64,000 bases of DNA from the NCBI GenBank assembly GCA_030390025.1, contig JASTWF010000033.1, positions 5,272,001 through 5,336,000 of the forward strand, given 5' to 3'. Positions 61,500 to 64,000 of the stretch are shown here, in pieces (position 1 is the stretch's first letter; each line of letters starts with the position of its first letter). The position numbers and the translations under genes are program-made. The notes below the pieces were generated by a model that searched no databases, was not told the origin of the DNA, and was given only the letters and a program-made list of their open reading frames with translations. Source of the stretch: Squalus acanthias. Taxonomy: Eukaryota.

Positions 61500-64000
61500 T
61501 TCACGAACATTTCTCTGACCGAAACTGCACAACTCAAAAATGTTCATTTCAAACTCATTAAACTCCCGAATTTCCTTCCCCCCGAATCTTCTGAATCAGA
61601 TGCATTCAGTTTTACCCACTCAATCAATGTCCCGTTGCAATTTTCTTCCCCCATCCACACTACTTACTGTGCCACTAAAATACTGTCGTTAAACTTGGTA
61701 ATATATGCCTGGAGAAGAGTTTTGGATTAAATTTTATGTTAGCTGCCATTCTATTCTCATACCCTCTCTTTGCCCCTCTTATTTTCCTTTTCATTTCTCC
61801 TCTGAACTGTCTATATTTAGCCTGATTCTCAGATATATTAGGATAGTTGAGGTCCACCATGATCACTACTCTATAGTTCATAGTCCTAGAGTCATAACGG
61901 CACAGTAGGAGGCCATTTGGATCATCGATTCCATGCCGGATCTCTGTGGCGCAAACCAGTCTGTTCCATTACCACGCTATAGCCCTGCAAGTTTATTTCA
62001 CTCAAGTGCCTATCCAGTCTACCCTTGAAAACATTGAGCGTCTCCATTTCCACCACTTCCGTCGGCAGCGAGTCCCGGTCCTCACCACTCGCTGCGTAAA
62101 GAAGGTGCCCTCACATCCCCCTCTGTACCTCTTGCCCAAAACCTTAAATCTGTTTCCATTGGCCTTGTACCGTCAACTAGTGGGAACAACCTTTCCCTGT
62201 CTAGCCTATCCAAACCCATCATAAACTTGCACACCTCTATCAAATCACCCCTCAACCTCCTTTGTCTTAAAATACTCAAGTGCAGCGCCTTGGGACTAGG
62301 TTAAAGATGCTATATAAATACAAGTTATTGTTGTTGTAATGCAAACAAATGCAGCTTCTCCAACCTGTCCTTGTTGCTAAGATCCCCCATCCCCAGAACC
62401 ATTCTGGTGAATCTCCTCTGCACCCTCTCAAGGGCCTTCACATCCTTCCTAAATTGTGGTGACCCGAACTGGACGCAATGCTCCAGTCGTGGCCTAACCA
62501 GCGCTTTATAAAGGTTCAGCATAACTTCTCTACTTTTGTACTCAATAGCTCTATTTATGAAACCCAAGATTCCAAATGCTTTGCTAAGCACTCTCTCAAC
62601 ATGTCCTGCCACCTTCGGGGACCTATGCACATTAACTCCCAGGTCCCTCTGTCCCTGCACACTCTTTAAAACTGTCCCATTAAGTGTATCTTGTCACTCC
62701 CTGTTCCTTCTGTCAAAATGCATCACCTCACACTTCTCTGTATTAAATTCCAGCTGCCAGTTGTCTGCCCATTCTGCTAGCCTTTCTATGTCCTGCTGCA
62801 GTCGATTGGTATCATCCTCACTGTTTGCCACACCCCAAAAAATTCAATAAGATTAGTCAAACACGATCTGCCGTTTAGAAATCAGTGTTGGCTCTCCTTA
62901 ATTAGCTTAAATGTCTCCAAGTGCACATAAATTTTTTTGCTTTATTACTGTTTCCACAACTTTACCCACCACTGATGTTAAACTGACCGGACTTTAGTCA
63001 CGAGGATTATCCTTAAAACCTTTCTTCAACCTTTCTTGGATCTCTCTGAAATTTCCCTGCAAATTTGCTCCTCCATATTTCCCACTAGTTGGTGGCCTAT
63101 AGAATACACCTAGTATTGTAATGGCCCCTCTATTATTTCTTAACTATTGCCATATAGATTCTGTCCTTGACCCCTCCAGGGCATCCTCACTCTTCAGGAC
63201 TGTAATATACTCCTTAACCAATACTGCCACACCACCTCCTATCTTTCCTTCCCTATCTTTCCCGTACACCTTCTATCCATGAATATTTAATACCCAATCC
63301 TGCCCTTTTTCGAGCCATGTTTCCGTTATTGCCATAACGTCATATTCCCATGTGGCTATTTGCGACTGCAGCTCACCTACCTTGTTTACTATAGTTTGTG
63401 CGTTCACATACATGCACTGTAAACCTATCTTAGACAATCCTGTGGTCTCTCTTAGTCTGACTTCACCTAAAGTCTTACTAAGGGCAACACGGTGGCATAG
63501 TGGTTAGCACTGGTACCGCACAGCGCCAGGGTCCCGGGTTCGAATCTGACCTCGGGTGACTGTCTGTGTGGAGTTTGCACATTCTCCCCGTGTCTGCGTG
63601 GGTTTCCTCCGGGTGCTCCGGTTTCCTCCCACAGTCCAAAAATGTGCGGGTTAGGCTGATTTGGCTATGATAAATTGACCCTTAGTGTTAGGGGGGGATT
63701 AAATATGTGGGGTTATGGGGATAGGATGGGATATGTTAGGGGGAATTAAATACGTGGGGTTACGGGGGTAGGGTGGGATATGTGTACTGTGGGGATTAAA
63801 GCAGGGGCAGGGTACTGGATTTGAATGATCAGCCATGATCGTATTGAATGGTGGAGCAGGCTCGAATGGCCTACTCCTGCTCCTAGATTCTATGTTTCTA
63901 TTTCTTACTTTAGTGCTATCCATCTCTGCAGATCCTTTGTGCGCCTGGTTTCTCCTTTCTATTGCTACATCCTGCTGCCCACACCCCTGCCAAGTCAATT
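61500..64000 (-). mobile_element. Several degraded CR1 fragments with a short L2-type tail (+, ~62275-62337)
   Basis: RRLRGDL, RPRLEHCVQF, and APE remnants toward the window end. Confidence 0.8.
63482..63900 (+). mobile_element. HE1-like V-SINE
   Basis: A and B boxes, V-domain and CR1-type tail; very similar to the other two copies. Confidence 0.92.

Overview
Repeat-dominated vertebrate DNA, most likely from a cartilaginous fish (three HE1-type V-SINEs, dense CR1 LINEs with microsatellite tails). No host protein-coding gene is clearly supported. The window holds: (1) many CR1 copies, one with an intact 978-aa ORF2, plus L2, Tx1-like and Penelope fragments, SINEs, MITEs and two minisatellites; (2) about 14 decayed tRNA genes that share flanks, i.e. 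a disintegrating tRNA cluster; (3) a minus-strand LTR retroelement family: a provirus at 39841-50043, a solo LTR, and an env-less relative at 10715-13825. The provirus is the most interesting item. Its env reads signal peptide, Ig-like domain, then a paramyxovirus-F-like fusion protein (lokiretrovirus-like). It has a tRNA-Arg PBS overlapping an ATG in the gag frame, a candidate splice donor inside a long R region, and a tRNA-like B-box hairpin at the U5 end of two LTRs. Penelope ends carry minimal hammerhead ribozyme motifs. All family assignments are by eye and from memory; no searches were run, and boundaries of degraded repeats are approximate.
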